Of a stretch of 64,000 nt of DNA, positions 33,725 to 46,242 are shown piece by piece; position 1 is the first letter of the stretch; the number at the start of each line of letters is the position of its first letter. Position numbers and translations under genes: made by a program. Source of the stretch: Cyanophora paradoxa CCMP329 (lineage: Eukaryota > Plantae > Glaucophyta); contig QPMI01000514.1 of assembly GCA_004431415.1 (NCBI GenBank), forward strand, positions 62,001 to 126,000, in the 5' to 3' direction. Below the pieces are notes generated by a model. The model did no database searches. It had not been told where the DNA came from and saw nothing but the letters and a program-made list of their open reading frames with translations.

Positions 33725-36627
33725 ATGCCAGCCCACGAGCCCGCGAACGCGCCCTGGGCGGACCTGATCACCAATGCGTCGTCGCATGTTCAGCACGTCT
33801 TCCAGCAGTACGTCGCTGGTCGCAGCCTCGACCAGCTGCGCTCGCCTCAGCCCCAGGGCGGGGACGCCTTCTCGGGCGAGTGGTCCGTTGGAAACTACTT
33901 CCTGGATCGCATCGCGAGCGATGCGTCGAACCTCGGGCAGGTGCGCCCCGCCCCGCTCCCTCGCGTTTCCTGCGGCCTCTCCGACGGGCTGACGCGCCCC
34001 GCGGCGCAGATCCCCTCGCTTAACAGCGTGCCCATCGAGATGCTCTCTTCGAACATGCTGGTTCGCTTCCGCTGCATGATCCAGGACATGGCGAGCCCCG
34101 AGTTCTACATGGGCCTGTTCAACCTCCGCGACGCCGCCGGAAACGTCGTGCGCTCTCTTCCCTTTATCGCCGCTCGTCCTTTGCCCGAGCCGCCGGCGCG
34201 CCCAGGCGGTGGGCACCTGCAAGTACAGCGACGGCCTCCACCTGCCGGTGCGCGGGGCGGGGCGGGGCGGGGCGGCGGCGGCTCACGGGGCGGCAGGAGG
34301 ACTGCGAGGTGGACACGCGGACGGCGGTGATGTACGAGCGCCTCCCCGTGCTCGGCGTATCCGTCCCCGGCGAGTCCGACTGGGTCCTCCACGTGCGCCA
34401 GCCGCCGCCGCCGGCGACGGGCACGACGCGCGCCCGACGCGCATAATCGCAGGCGGACGAGGAGGAGGCGAAGCGGACCGAGGTTCCGTCGCTGCGGCTC
34501 CTGCGGGAGCGCGGCGCCGCGAAGCAGAAGCGCCCGCTCGGCAGCGACGACGCGGGCGCCGCGGACGACGAGAGTGCGCGCGCTCAACCCGCCGGCCGCC
34601 GCTGCGATCGATGCCCGAGGCCGCTCACTCGGCGGCCCCGCAGTGACAGACGCGCCGGAGGCGGCCGACGAGAAGCGCGCCCGCGACGCTGCCGCGCCCG
34701 CCGCCGCGCCCGCCGCCGCCACCGAGCCTTCCGGCGAGTCGGCGGGGGCGCCGGCGGCGGCGCGGGCGCACCGGAGCGCCGCGCTGCCGTCCCAGCGCAA
34801 CCGCGAGGTCGTCATCAAGGTCCGGCCGCCTGCCCCGGCGCCTGGCAGGAATCCTGACTCGGGGGGCGGGGGCAGCTGTACGACGAGCACATGGAGGGCC
34901 GCTTCAAGCTCAACGACGTCGTCGAGTTCGTCGGCGTGCTCCAGGTCCGAGGGACTCGAGTCGGGGCTCGATCCGCGGGGGATCTGATGTTCGATCGGGT
35001 GCGGCAGGTGCCGCCGCGCGGCTCGGAGGCCGGCCCCTCGCCCATGGAGGACGCCTGGGGCGACGAGGAGGTCTCCTCCGTCTCCCCCTCCCTCCCCGCC
35101 ATCCACTGCGTCGGTCCGTCCGCGTACCCCTCCCGCGCCCCTTACCGCCCGGCTGCCGACGCTTTCCCGCCCCGCAGCCTTCCGGACCCTCGTGGACCAC
35201 AACCCGGCCGCCCCGGTCCCCAGCGCCCCCTCGTTCGCCGCTGGTGCGCAGCGGCCGTCTCGCCCGGGCCTCGGCCCCGCCCCCGGCCCTCGCCGACCGC
35301 GCGGCAGCGGCGCAGGCGGCGCGGGCGTCGCTGCCCGGGGTGCGCGCGGAGCTGGTCTCGTACCTCGCGCGGGGGCTGCGCGGCGACCGCCTGGCCGCGG
35401 AGTACCTCCTCCTGGGCCTCGTCTCCTCCGTCTCGGACCGCCAGGGCGAGACCGTCCTCGGCAAGTTCAGCCTCAACCTCACCCACGCCGGCCCCGAGCT
35501 CGGCCCCGACCCGGCCCGCCGCCTCCACGCCCTCCTCTCCTCCGTCTACCCCCGCTCCGCCCTCCTGCCCCTCTCCATCGCCTCCCTCGGCTCCTTCAGC
35601 ATGGCCCCCTCCCGCGACCCCAGGTCCAACCGCCTCCAGGTGCCCCGTACCCCCCGCGCATCCACCCCCTGCCCTGACCGCCGCCGGCACCCCCCAGGCC
35701 GGCTTCCTGCAGCTCGCCGCCGGCACGCACCTCCTCGTCGACGAGACGGCCATGGACGAGGGTGCGCGCACCCCGGCCCCGCCCCCCCTCCCCCTCTAAA
35801 CGCGGTACCCCGCCCCCGCAGGCAAGCTGCAGGAGCGCGGCGTCAAGAACCTCGGCGCCCTCGCAATGGCGATGCAGCGCCAGGTACCCCCTCCCGCCCA
35901 CCCGTATCCCTCTTTTTTCGCTCTGACGCGTACCCGCCAGGTCTGCGCGTACGACTGGGCCTACTACACGACCGAGTTCCCCCTTGACGTCACGTTCGCG
36001 GTCCTCTCCCACGGCAAATCGATGCTGCCGGTACCTCCCCTGCGTCTCTCCTTCTGGGCATGCCCTCCGCCCCCGACCGACCGCCCGGCCTCCCGCAGGC
36101 CGACTGCCGCCTCCGGATCGTGTCGGACGGGGCGGCCGCCGGCGAGCCGCAGCCGGAGCCGTCGGGGGAGTGGCTGCAGGCCGCGCGCCGCTACCTCGCC
36201 ATTGCCCGGCACCCCCCGCACTTCGCCATCGACGAGTCTGTCTCCCTCGTGCGCCGTGCCCCCCCTCCCCCCGCCCCCCCCCCCTCCCCCCCCCCTCTTC
36301 CCCGCCGACCCCCCCGGGGACAGATGGTGGAGGAGGACTTCGTTCGGGCGCGCAAGGAGGAGCCGAAGACGGGGCCCGAGACCCTCCACCTCTGGCTCAC
36401 CCTCGCCCGGTGCGCCCCCTTTACAAGCGCCGGAAGGCGGGGCAGTTTCGAGCGAGAACGGGATGGGCACGGGACGGGGAGAGCTTCGCCGGCGTCTGAC
36501 CCATGCGCATCCTCGCCCGCCGCGCAGGCTGGTGGCGCTGAGCCGGGGCGAGGAGGGCATCTCGCGCGAGGCCTGGGCCCACATGCGCGCCCTCGAGGCC
36601 GAGCGCGCCCGCCGCGCCGCCGCCTGA
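33725..36627 (+). CDS. MCMBP: Mini-chromosome maintenance complex-binding protein (MCMBP/ETG1)
   Basis: LVRFRCMIQDMASPEFYMG, VSVPGESDW, FKLNDVVEFVGVL, GDRLAAEYLLLGLVS, GKFSLNL, NRLQ|AGFLQLAAGTHLLVDET, LHLWLTLAR. Confidence 0.92.
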
Positions 36628-37148
36628 GCGCCCGTTGCCCCTTCGCACTCTCAGCAAGTAGGATAGCGTAGGTCGATGCTCCGCCCCCGTCCTCAGCTCC
36701 GAGGGGGAGGGGGGCGCCTTCCCCGGGGCCGCGGCTTTCGCCGCCCGCCCTCGCTCACGGTCCGACGCATTCGGTGTGCGATGTACATGCGCGCATTGAA
36801 TCCAAGCAGCATTACGCTGCAAGCAGCTCGAATGCGTTATAGATCCCTCGAATGACCTCCAATTCATGATCACGAATATTTATTGCCCTCCGCGTACCGG
36901 TGCACCCGCGCCGGTGGCCGGGGCTCTAGTAAACAACAGACCCAATCATGATACGTAGCTACAGCATTCGTATCTAGCATGAACACCCTCAACGCATCCT
37001 CATGATCAGAAGATGCCATGATGAATTTCATCGCATGTGTAAGCAGTTCGAGCACAGTGCGGCATGCGATGTGAAACTTCGGCTGCGATTAAATATTCCA
37101 TGCCTAGATTTCTGGCCTGGTCTGGCTGGAGAATGAGCAGGGCGGTCT

Positions 37149-40100
37149 TCACGCGGCCTCGCCGGCCGCCGCCTGGGGCTGCAGCGCGGGGCCCTCCGCC
37201 GCCTGGGGCTGCAGCGCGGGGCCCTCCGCCGCCTCTCCGGGGCCCCGGCCGCTCGCCAGCGCCACCGCCGCCGCGCTCCCCGAGCCGGCCGCCGACCCGT
37301 GGCGCGAGCCCCGCACGCTCCCCTCCCCCGCCCCCGCCCCCGCCGGCGGGAGCGCCTCGACTGTCGCCGTCGCTGCGAGAGCCGCCTGCGGGATAGCGAT
37401 CGGGGTGCGCGTTCAGAGCCAGGAGGAAGGGGGGGTACGGCGACACGAACCTCCTGGGAGGCGATGCGCGCCGCGTGCTCCTTCGCCTGCCGCTCGCGCT
37501 GCTTCGTGAGGTACCAGAGCTGCGTTCGCAGGCGGAGGTCACGAATGTCGGCGGCGGGTACGCGCGCGTCGCTGGGGAGGCGGGTACCTGGATCCTGCTG
37601 GCGGCTTCTTCCTTATCTGCTTCCGAGGGCTCTGCGGGGGGCGCCGGGGCGGGCGCCGGGGCGGGTGCCGGGGGCTCCTCTGGCGCTAACGGCTGAGGGG
37701 CCGGGGCCGGCTCCGCAGCCGGCGGCGGAGGGACCTCCGCGGGCGCCGCCGAAGGCTGAGGCTCGGGCTGCGGCGTTGACGCAGCCTGCGGGGCGGCTGC
37801 AGGCTCCGCAGCCGCCGCCTCAGGGACCGAGGCCTGCTCTCCAGCCGCCGCCTGGGGGGCCGGCGCCGGCTGCGGTTGGGCGGCCGCAGAAGGCTCGGGC
37901 TGGGGCGCGGGGAGGGACTCCGCAGATGGCGCCTGAGGCGCCGGCGCCGGCTCCGGAGCGGGTGCTGGGGCGACCGGCGCCGGCTCAGAAGGCGCCGGCA
38001 CGGGCGCCGGCGCCGGCTCCGGAGCCGGGGGGTTGGGGAGGAGACGCCTCGGCCTGGGGCGCCGCGGGGGCGGCGCTGGGGCCGTCGGCGCAGGCGGGGC
38101 GAAGGGGACGGCGGGCGGCGCGGCCTCCGCGGGCCGCTCGGGGCGGCGAGAACCGTCCCGACGGCGCAAGCGGTTCCGGTGGCGCACGTACGCCCTCTGG
38201 ATCTGCGGAAGGGGGCGCAGGTGCCCCGATCAAATCTCGGATCGAATCTCGGATCAAATCCCGCCGTACCGTCGTCGCGGCGCGGTCGGTAGCGGCGTCG
38301 GCCGCCCGGACGGCGAGCGCCTCGGCCCGCGCGCGCTCCGCCCGCACCGCCGCCACCCGCCGCCGCGCCAGCCTCCCCCGCCAGTGCGCCTGCCGCCGCG
38401 TCAATGCGCGCAAGTGCAAGCGGATTCCACCGGACTCGAACCTGGATCTCGGTGGCGGCTTCCACTCGGACGGCCTCGGCCCCACGGTCCAGCTTCGACC
38501 TGAGGCGCGGCGCCGGTCGGAAGCCAGCGCCCGCGCAGCGGCCCGCCCGCCCCGCGCACCTCAGCGCCTCGGCGGCGTCGGCGCGGGCGCGGGCGAGGGC
38601 GCGGCGGGCGAGGCGGCGGCGGGCGGCGGCCTGCGCGACGGAGGCCGCCTCGCGCTCGAGGGCGGCGTTGACGGCATCCATACCCGCCCGCCAGCCCTCC
38701 GCAACCTGCCGCCGCCGCGCCCACCCGCGTCAGTGCGAGGGAGGGAGGGAGTGGAGCGGGGCGACGCGCCGCCTTCTTGCCCTCGCGGCGGCGGAAGGCC
38801 CACTGGATGGCCCGCGCCGCCTCCTCGGGCGCCCGGTTCAGCTCCGCCAGCGCCGCCTCCCGCAGCCGCTGCCGCTCGGCCCGCAGCGCCCGGCAGCGCC
38901 GCCGCGCCGCGTGGCCCCGGTACACCCGCTGCACGTCCATCGCCGCCTGCGCCCGCCCGTCTGGGAGCGCGGGGCCGAGGCCGGAGGGGCGCGCCGCACC
39001 TGCTCCCGCCGCGCGACGCTCATCGTCTGCCCGTACGCCGTCGGGCGCCCCGAGGCCGTGGAGGAGACGTAGCCGTACCCCCCCTCGCGCGCCGCCAGCA
39101 GCCCCTCCCGCAGCGCCTCTTGCCGCTCCCGCCGCACACGAAACGCGTCCTGGGGGTACGCCTCTCAATATCCCACGGCGTCCAGGAGGGGATGGGGGTA
39201 CAAGCACAGACCTGGATGACTTCGGCGGCGCGGTGGTTGGCGTCCTCCAGTGCCCGCACCTCGAGCTGCGGTGGGGAGGGAGCCTGTGAGGGGCGCGCCG
39301 AAGAAAGAGGAGCAGCGGGGCGGGCGCACGCTCCGGCGGGCGCGGCTAAAGTCGCGCAGGTCGCGGGCCCTCCGCCGGGCGCGGAAGGCCCGCCAGGCGC
39401 TCTGCGACGAGAGCCGCGTGAGCGGAGGGGGCGGGCGGGAGGGCTGCCCCCCGCTCGCCTGGATGTCCGTCGCGGCGGAGGCGGAGGAGCCCAGGGAGGG
39501 GTACGGGGCGGGGACAGCTGGGGGGCGCGGCCGGGCGGCGGCGGCGGCAAGCGCCGCGCGCTCCCTCCGCGCGAGCCGGCGCCGGTAGACCGCCTGCACC
39601 ACCTCCGCCGCCCGGTCCTTCTCCTGCGCCTCGGTGGTCGGGGGTACAGCAGCGATCCGGGCGGGGGTACAGCGACGAAAGCGGACCATGCGGGCGCGGG
39701 CCCCGCGGGCCGCGCGGAGGGCCTCTCGGGGCCCCCCCCAGAAGACGGCCGTGTTCACCTGAGGACGGGGGGCGGAGTTGAGGGAAGCGAAGGCGAACAG
39801 CGGCGGGCGGGCGGTGGGCGTGTACCCCACGGAGCTCCTTGAGCTCTTCTGGGGTTAGGGAGCCACGAAGGGGGTCGGAGGAGCGGAGGGCGTCGGCGGA
39901 GAAGGGGCGCGGGCGGGGCGCGGGCGGGGCGGGGGGCTGGGACGGGGCGGGGACCGGGGCAGGAGGCCGGGCGGGAGCGCGGGCGGGTGGGGGAGGCGGG
40001 GACGGGGAAGCTGCGCGCCGCGGGGGTACGGCGGCAGATGCGGAGAGGGGCCGGGGTCGAGGCACCCTCTCAAAGGCAGGAGGCGGGGCCGGCGGAGGGG

Positions 40101-43100
40101 CGCGCGGCGCCGGCGGCGGTTTGCGAGCCGAGGTGGGGCGAGGGGGGAGACGAGGGGCGGCGGGCGCGGCAGGCGCTGGCGCGTGGGGGGTAGGCCGAAC
40201 CGCCGGCCTCTTCGGGGCCGCTACAGCGGGCCCCTCTGGCCTACCCCCCCGGGCGAAAAAAGGATCCTCCTCGCGAGCCGAGGCGTCGCCCCACGCGGCG
40301 ATAACCGCCGCCCGGACCGCGTTCTCGTCCTGGAACACCGCACCCCCCTCCCCCTCCGAATCGCTGTCTTCGGGCGGGGGCCGCTCGGGCGGGCTGCGGC
40401 GCGGCGGCGGCGCCCGGTCTGCGCGGGCGGGAGAGAAGAGGGAAGCGGGGACGGGGGGGCACCTGGCGGCGCGGTGGGCGCGGGCGACGGCCTCGGCGGC
40501 GGCCAGGACGGCCTGTCGCGCCCGCTCCCGCGCAACCTCCGGCGGCACCTGCGCCCACACTCCGCTCGATCCCTCCCGCGGAGGTTGGATCCGGGGGGAG
40601 AGAAAGGCTTCCCCACTCGCCTTCTCGGGAGGCTCGGGGCGCGGCTGCCGCTCGGGGCTCCGGCTCCGCGAGGGGCTCCGGCTACGGCTGCGGCTCCGGC
40701 CGCCGCCGCCGCCGCGCTGCGCCCTGCGCGCCTCCCGCGCGGCGCGGCGCTCGGCGCGGCGCAGCTCCTTCTGCCGCTCCCGCTCCAGGGCGGCCCGCCT
40801 CGCCCACTCCTCCAGCGCCTGCCCCGACGGGCGGACGGCTCGGCGGGGAGCAGAGGGCGCGGGGTGCAGCGGGGGGCGAACCTTGCGCTGGGCGGCGGCG
40901 CGGCGGGCGTCGAGGGGCCAGGGCCCGGGCCGCTGGGGGTCCGGCGGCCGGTGGTGCATGCAGAAGTCCAGCCACTTGTGGAACGCCGACCTGCGCAGGA
41001 GGCGACGGCCGCGGGGTGAGCGCGAGCGGGGGCGACGAGGAAGACGATAGAGAGGGCGGGCCTGAGGACGGCGCGGGCGTGGTGCGACTCGGCGCCCCGC
41101 CGCTTGGCGCGCTCCGCCTCGCGCAGCGCCTCGAGCTTCTTCAGCTCCGCCAGCTCCTCCTCCTGGGGGCCAGCTCAGATCAGAGGAGGGGGCCGAGAGC
41201 AGCGGGGAGGAGAAGGGGCGGGCCTGCTTGGTGGCGGTGCGGCGGCGGCGGGCCTCCCCCTCGAGCGGCTGCAGCTTCGCCGCGCACCGCTCCGCGTACA
41301 GCGCGGCGTACCTGAGGGGCCCGCGTGAGAGGCAGGGGGTGCGGGCGCGGGCGCGGGCGCAGGGCACTTGTTCAAGGAGGCGGAGAGGTAGAAGGAGGAC
41401 TCGAGGACGCCCTTCTCCACCAGCGTCAGCCGCCCGTCCTCTGCCCCCGGGGCGCCTCTGAGGGGAGAACAAGGAGAGCAAGGCCGGGGCGGGGGCAGGG
41501 GCAGGGGCGGGGGCGGCAGGGGCGGGGCACCGTCGCAGGTGGCGAGGGCGTCGAGGGCCTGCGCCGTGTCCGCCTGGCAGTCCCCCACCTGCCCGGCCCG
41601 CCCGCCCGCCGGCGCGCGTGAGGCGCTTGTCGCCGGGCGGCGGGGCGGGCGGGGGGCTGGGCCGGGCGCACGGGGACGCTGGCGAGGCGGACGAGGGCCT
41701 CCACACAGCCCGGGTGCCGGATCATCGCCCCCCGGTTCTCCCCTGCGCGGCAGGCGAGGCGGGAGAGGTTCGGAGGGGCAAAGCGGGGCGCCCGCGCCCA
41801 CGCCGGCGGCCAGGGACGGACCGAGGAGGGCGAACTTGGCGAGCGTCGCGGCGACCTTGCACTGCACCTCCAGGTCCTCGCTCCGCGCCAGCGGCACCAG
41901 CGCCGGCAGCGTCTCTGCCGCCCCGCCCCGCGCCGGTGAGCCCCGCTGCGCTCGAGCGACGGGGCGGGGACGGGGATGGAGCACCCTGGAGGGGGAGGAG
42001 CGAGAAGCACGAGAGGGCGCGCATCGCCATCCGGACCACCTCCAGCTCCCTGGGGGGTGCGGCGGGTCGGCGGAGGGGGGCGGGGCGGGGCGCGGGGCCG
42101 CGGCGCGCACGGGCTGCGGAGGAGGGAGAGGAGGAGGGGCACGCCCCCGCTCCGGATGATCCGGTCCCGGTTGTCCGCTGCGCGCGAGGGGGGGAAGCGT
42201 CGGCTTCCGCGAGGGCCGTACCCCTGGGCGCGGGGGGAGGGGTACCCGTGAAGGCGAGGTTGCAGAGGGCCCAGGCGGCGTACTGGCGGATGTCCGAGTG
42301 GACGGGGCTCGCCGCGGGGCCGCCGGGACCGGCCCGGGGCGTGGGCGAGCCCTTGAGGCCGCGGCCCCCGGGCGATGGGGACCGGGGCGAGGCGGCGGCG
42401 CCCGGGGCGGGGCCCGGGCCCGGGGAGCGGGAGCGGGCGCGGGCGCGGGCGGCGGCGGGGGCGACGGTGCTGAGGCCGGCGAAGGCGGTGGGGAGGGCCT
42501 CCACGCTGCGGGCCCCCGCTGCCTGCACCAGCGCCTCCACGCTCGTCTCCCCAGACAGCAGCGGCACCAGCTCCTCTGCCCCCGCCGGCGTCGGAGGGGC
42601 GGTGCGAATGCGGCGCCCGGGGGGGTAGGGGCGGCGCACTCTTCGTGGAGAGGGCGTACAGTGATATGCAGGCGCCGAGGACGACGTGCGGGTCCGGCGA
42701 GAGGGCTGCCGGGGGCCCCCGGCGGTGAGCCGCGCGAGGGCGGGAGGGGCGACGAGGGCGGGGGGTCCCCCGACGCACCCATGTAGCACAGCTGCCCGAC
42801 GACGGCGGGGTACTCGATGAACTGCGCCTTCGCATCCTCTGCGCCGGCGGGCCGGCGTCACAGGCGGCGGGGCGGGGCGCGCGGGGGCGCGCGGGAGTGG
42901 GAGCGGGCTCACCGAGCATGAGGAGGTTGCTGAGGGCGTTGACGCAGTTGCGCTGTATCTCGACGTCGTAGGAGAAGAGGCGCGCCGCGAGCGCGTGCAC
43001 GCCGCCCTCCCCCGCGATCAGGCCGGCGTTCTCGTCTGGAGCGCAGCGGCGCGGTCGGTCCGAGCGCGGGTGGGGCGGGGTGGGGCGGGGTGGGGTGGGG

Positions 43101-43609
43101 TGGGGCGGGGCGGGGCTGCACCGAGGACGCTAAGGTCCCAGAGGGCGCGCGAGGCGAGCCTGGCGAGCTCGGAGATGTGCTCCCCGTCGATCCCCTTGAG
43201 CAGGATCGGGATGCCGCCCTCGCGCACCACCAGCAGCTTCGCCCGCACTGCCGCCGGAGGGGGGGCAGCGTCAGATCCAGCGCGCGGCGGCGCGGTACGT
43301 GTCGCGGGTGCGGCTCCAGCGGCGGCACCTGACTTCCTCGAGAGCTGGGCAATCTTCTGGACGGCGGCGAGCCGGTCCCGGAACGCGCCTGTTTGCGCAA
43401 TGTGGATGTAGGTGCGCACATCTGCAGGCGAGCAGTTCAGCGCTCTGAAGAACCGGCTATAGCTAAGGCGGTCAGTCGGCGGGTTGCTAAGGCGGCAGCG
43501 GTTTTGGCTCGGCGGTCAGTCGGCCTCGTTCCGCAATGGTAAGGACCAAGAACGCTCCGGGAAACTCGTAAGCACCGCACTGACCTTTCTCTTTCACGGG
43601 CGCCGCCAT
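37149..43609 (-). CDS. Large protein: N-terminal ARM repeats (VAC8-like), RS/Pro-rich linker, multiple IQ-like motifs, Pro/Ala/Glu tail (many exons)
   Basis: ARM: VREGGIPILL, GEGGVHALAARL..IQRNCVNALSNL, QYAAWALCNLA, IIRSGGVPLLLSLL. IQ-like: AAEVVQAVYRRRLARR, AATDIQ|SAWRAFRARR, AAMDVQRVYRGHAARR, AARAIQWAFRR, AATEIQ|AHWRGRLARR. First exon MAAPVKEK at 43609. Confidence 0.72.
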
Positions 43610-43805
43610 TCGCTGGCGAAGGCCAGCAAGCGCTCCCGAGGCCTCTCCCTTTCCTGCCTTGCTGATGCTGGGGTGTTCCCGTGTCTTTCCGGCTCTCTGG
43701 TGCTGTGCTGAGACAGTGCTCGTGGCCCAGCAGTCCGAATTGGCGTACCCCAGCTGTCTCGTTGGACCGACGTTGGTCCGACGTTGGACCGACGAACCGC
43801 GCTGG

Positions 43806-44715
43806 ATGGCAGCGGAGGCGACGAGCGCGCTCGTTATAGAATCCGACGACGACCTTCAAGTAACTGTGCGGCCCGCTCCCGGGTTGAGCGGGCCGTTCTT
43901 GCTGACCGCGCGACACCAGCACGTCGCAAAGCGGCCCGCCGTGGTTCCCAAACGTCGGAGGATCATCGTACATGCAGGTGCGCATGGCTAGCAAGCGCTC
44001 ACGCCGCGCCTGCACACCACGCCGTGCACCTCAGGGCCAGTCGATCTAGATGCGGAGGAGCCGCAGCCCGCACATTCATCCCTTGATAAAACGCCTTCTG
44101 TGGTGGATCTTGAGAGCCAGGCGCCAGTTCCCGCAAGAGTGCGCCTGCAGGCTGCGGCCGCGTGCTGCGCACTCTCCCCCTTCTCGTGGACTCACAGTTC
44201 ACGATCGCAGCGGAGACGTGCGGCGAGGGCGTCAGACGAGGATGGTGCGCAGATCGTGTCTGTGCGCACGCGTGGCTTTGCGCATCGCTGACCCGCGATC
44301 GCAGTTGTCGTGCTAGCAGAGAAGAAGAACCCGAACGCTTCGCCAATGGCGAGCAACACAGCGGCGAAGAAGAGCAAGGCGCGGGAAAGGCGAGTCGAGA
44401 AGTCGTTCGAGTGCCCTATCTGCTTGGATTCGCTGCGGGGGAAAGAACTGAGCTCGACGATCTGTGGTGCGCGAGCACTGCGTCCCGCGCAAGATTTCCC
44501 AAGCACTGATTTACACCGGCGCCCTTCCTTCCCCTCGTTGACAGGGCATGGTGCACTTAAGCCGTAGAAGCCCGCCGCCTGTCCTCTCTCGCTGACGCCG
44601 CTCCCGCGCAGTCTTCTGCACCGCCTGTCTCTTCGCCGCCCTCGATGCGACTCAGATGTGCCCGACCTGCAGAAAGCGCCTGAAGAAGAGCCAAACCCAC
44701 AAGCTTTTCTTGTAG
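43806..44715 (+). CDS. RNF4-like SUMO-targeted RING-HC ubiquitin ligase
   Basis: SIM-like motifs LVIESDDD, PVDLDAEE, VVDLESQ and EDVVVLAE. C-terminal RING CPICLD..STIC|GH|VFCTACL..CPTCRKRL..HKLFL*. Confidence 0.82.
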
Positions 44716-44968
44716 CTGTGCCCCCTGTATTCTACAATCCCACACCCGCGTTCGCCGCGAAGTTGACGCCGTCTGATATTTCCCAGGGGCCAGGACTGTA
44801 CAGCAATACTTTTAGGTACCGGTCCTACTCTACAATACGATGGAAGCCTGTCAAAATGCAACGTACATTCGTACGTTCACACGGAAAGCAGCGCGCGACG
44901 GCTGCAGCTGCGGGAAAGCCATAGCTAGCTCAAATAGCTACCGATAAAGCCATGCGCGTCTACCGGGG

Positions 44969-45990
44969 CTAGCAGACGTCGAGTTTGCAGACGGGGCACG
45001 TGGCGTTCTGGAGGAGCCAGGGGTCTATGCAGGAGAGGTGGAACTGGCGGAGCGTGGGCGGGCGGCGTCAGCGGGGCTCGTGCGCGCGCAGGGTCGCGCC
45101 GGCCGCACCTGATGCAAGCAGGGGAGGATGCGCGCGACCTCGCCGGCCGCGAGGCCCTCGAGGCAGATGGGGCAGCTCAGCTTCGGCCGCGCCGGCGCCG
45201 GCGAGGCGCTCGCCCCGCCGACGCTCGCCCCGCCTCCGTTCACTGCCGCCGCAACTCCGAGCGACGCCGGCGCGGCGGGCGTGAGGGCCCGGCCGGCGGC
45301 GGCTTCGGCGACAGGCGGGGCGCTGGGGTCGGCGACGCGGTATGTGGGGAGCTGGTTGATCTGCGCCTGCACAGCGCCCCTGAAGATGTGCTGATGGCCC
45401 TCGTCCAGCTGCAGCAGCGCGTCGTAGTCCGCCTCGTTGAAGTCGCGCTCGATGAGCGCCAGGCGGAAGTTCGTCGCGTCCACCGCAATGCGCTGCCGCC
45501 CGCTCTGCTGCCGCATGCGCTGCCTCGCCATTGCTATGGAGGTAAGGATGAGTTGCGCTATCCGCAGGGCGCTGCGCGTGCGCTGCTCGTCACAGTGCAA
45601 GCCAACAGGCACGCGACGGTCCAGTGGGGGCGAACCTTGTGACGGCTATGGCGCCGACGCAGAACCACGCAACGACGGGCACAGATAAGGACGAGCTGAA
45701 GACAAGGAAGATAAGCGCGCAGGAGATCGCCACTGCCACGAGGGATGACGATAGGATCCTCGAGGTGAAGCTCGAGTACGGCGAGGAGGCGCTTGAGGGG
45801 GGCCGCGCCGATGGTATGTCTAACGGCTGCGCGTGCAAAAGCTTAGCCACGCGCCGCGTGCAAAAGCTTAGCCAGGAGCCGCGCCGCCCGGCGCCCGCCG
45901 CATCTCGGCGGCTGACGGGTTGCCGCGGCCTGTACGCGGCTCCTCGGCGTGCGCGGGGCGCACCGCCGGAGTGCGGACGAAGGAGACCAT
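44969..45990 (-). CDS. SDIR1-like membrane RING-H2 E3 ligase
   Basis: Two N-terminal hydrophobic segments, [26 protein letters not shown], and [14 protein letters not shown]|[15 protein letters not shown]. Confidence 0.85.
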
Positions 45991-46242
45991 GAATCTGTCG
46001 TTCCGCATCGCTCGTCCGGAGTGTGGTTGATCGCCCGTCCTCGGACTTCGCCCGTCACTTCGCACTGGCGCCGTATGCTGAGAATACAGCAATATTTGAT
46101 GCAGCTTACGCCGGACAGCCGATCCTCAATCAAGTTCAGGCGATCCGCGGCGGCTTCCCTGCCACTTGTTCTAGGTGGTACCCCCCGAGCGGTGTGAAAA
46201 GGGCCTGGCGGCGCGTGTGTTCCTCGGTGCAGGCAGCATATA

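Noticed and set aside
37299-39842. Very long ORFs such as 37299..39842(+), 1812..3533(-) and 50749..52365(-)
   Set aside because: Arg/Gly/Pro/Ala-rich shadow frames caused by very high GC, antisense to well-supported spliced genes.
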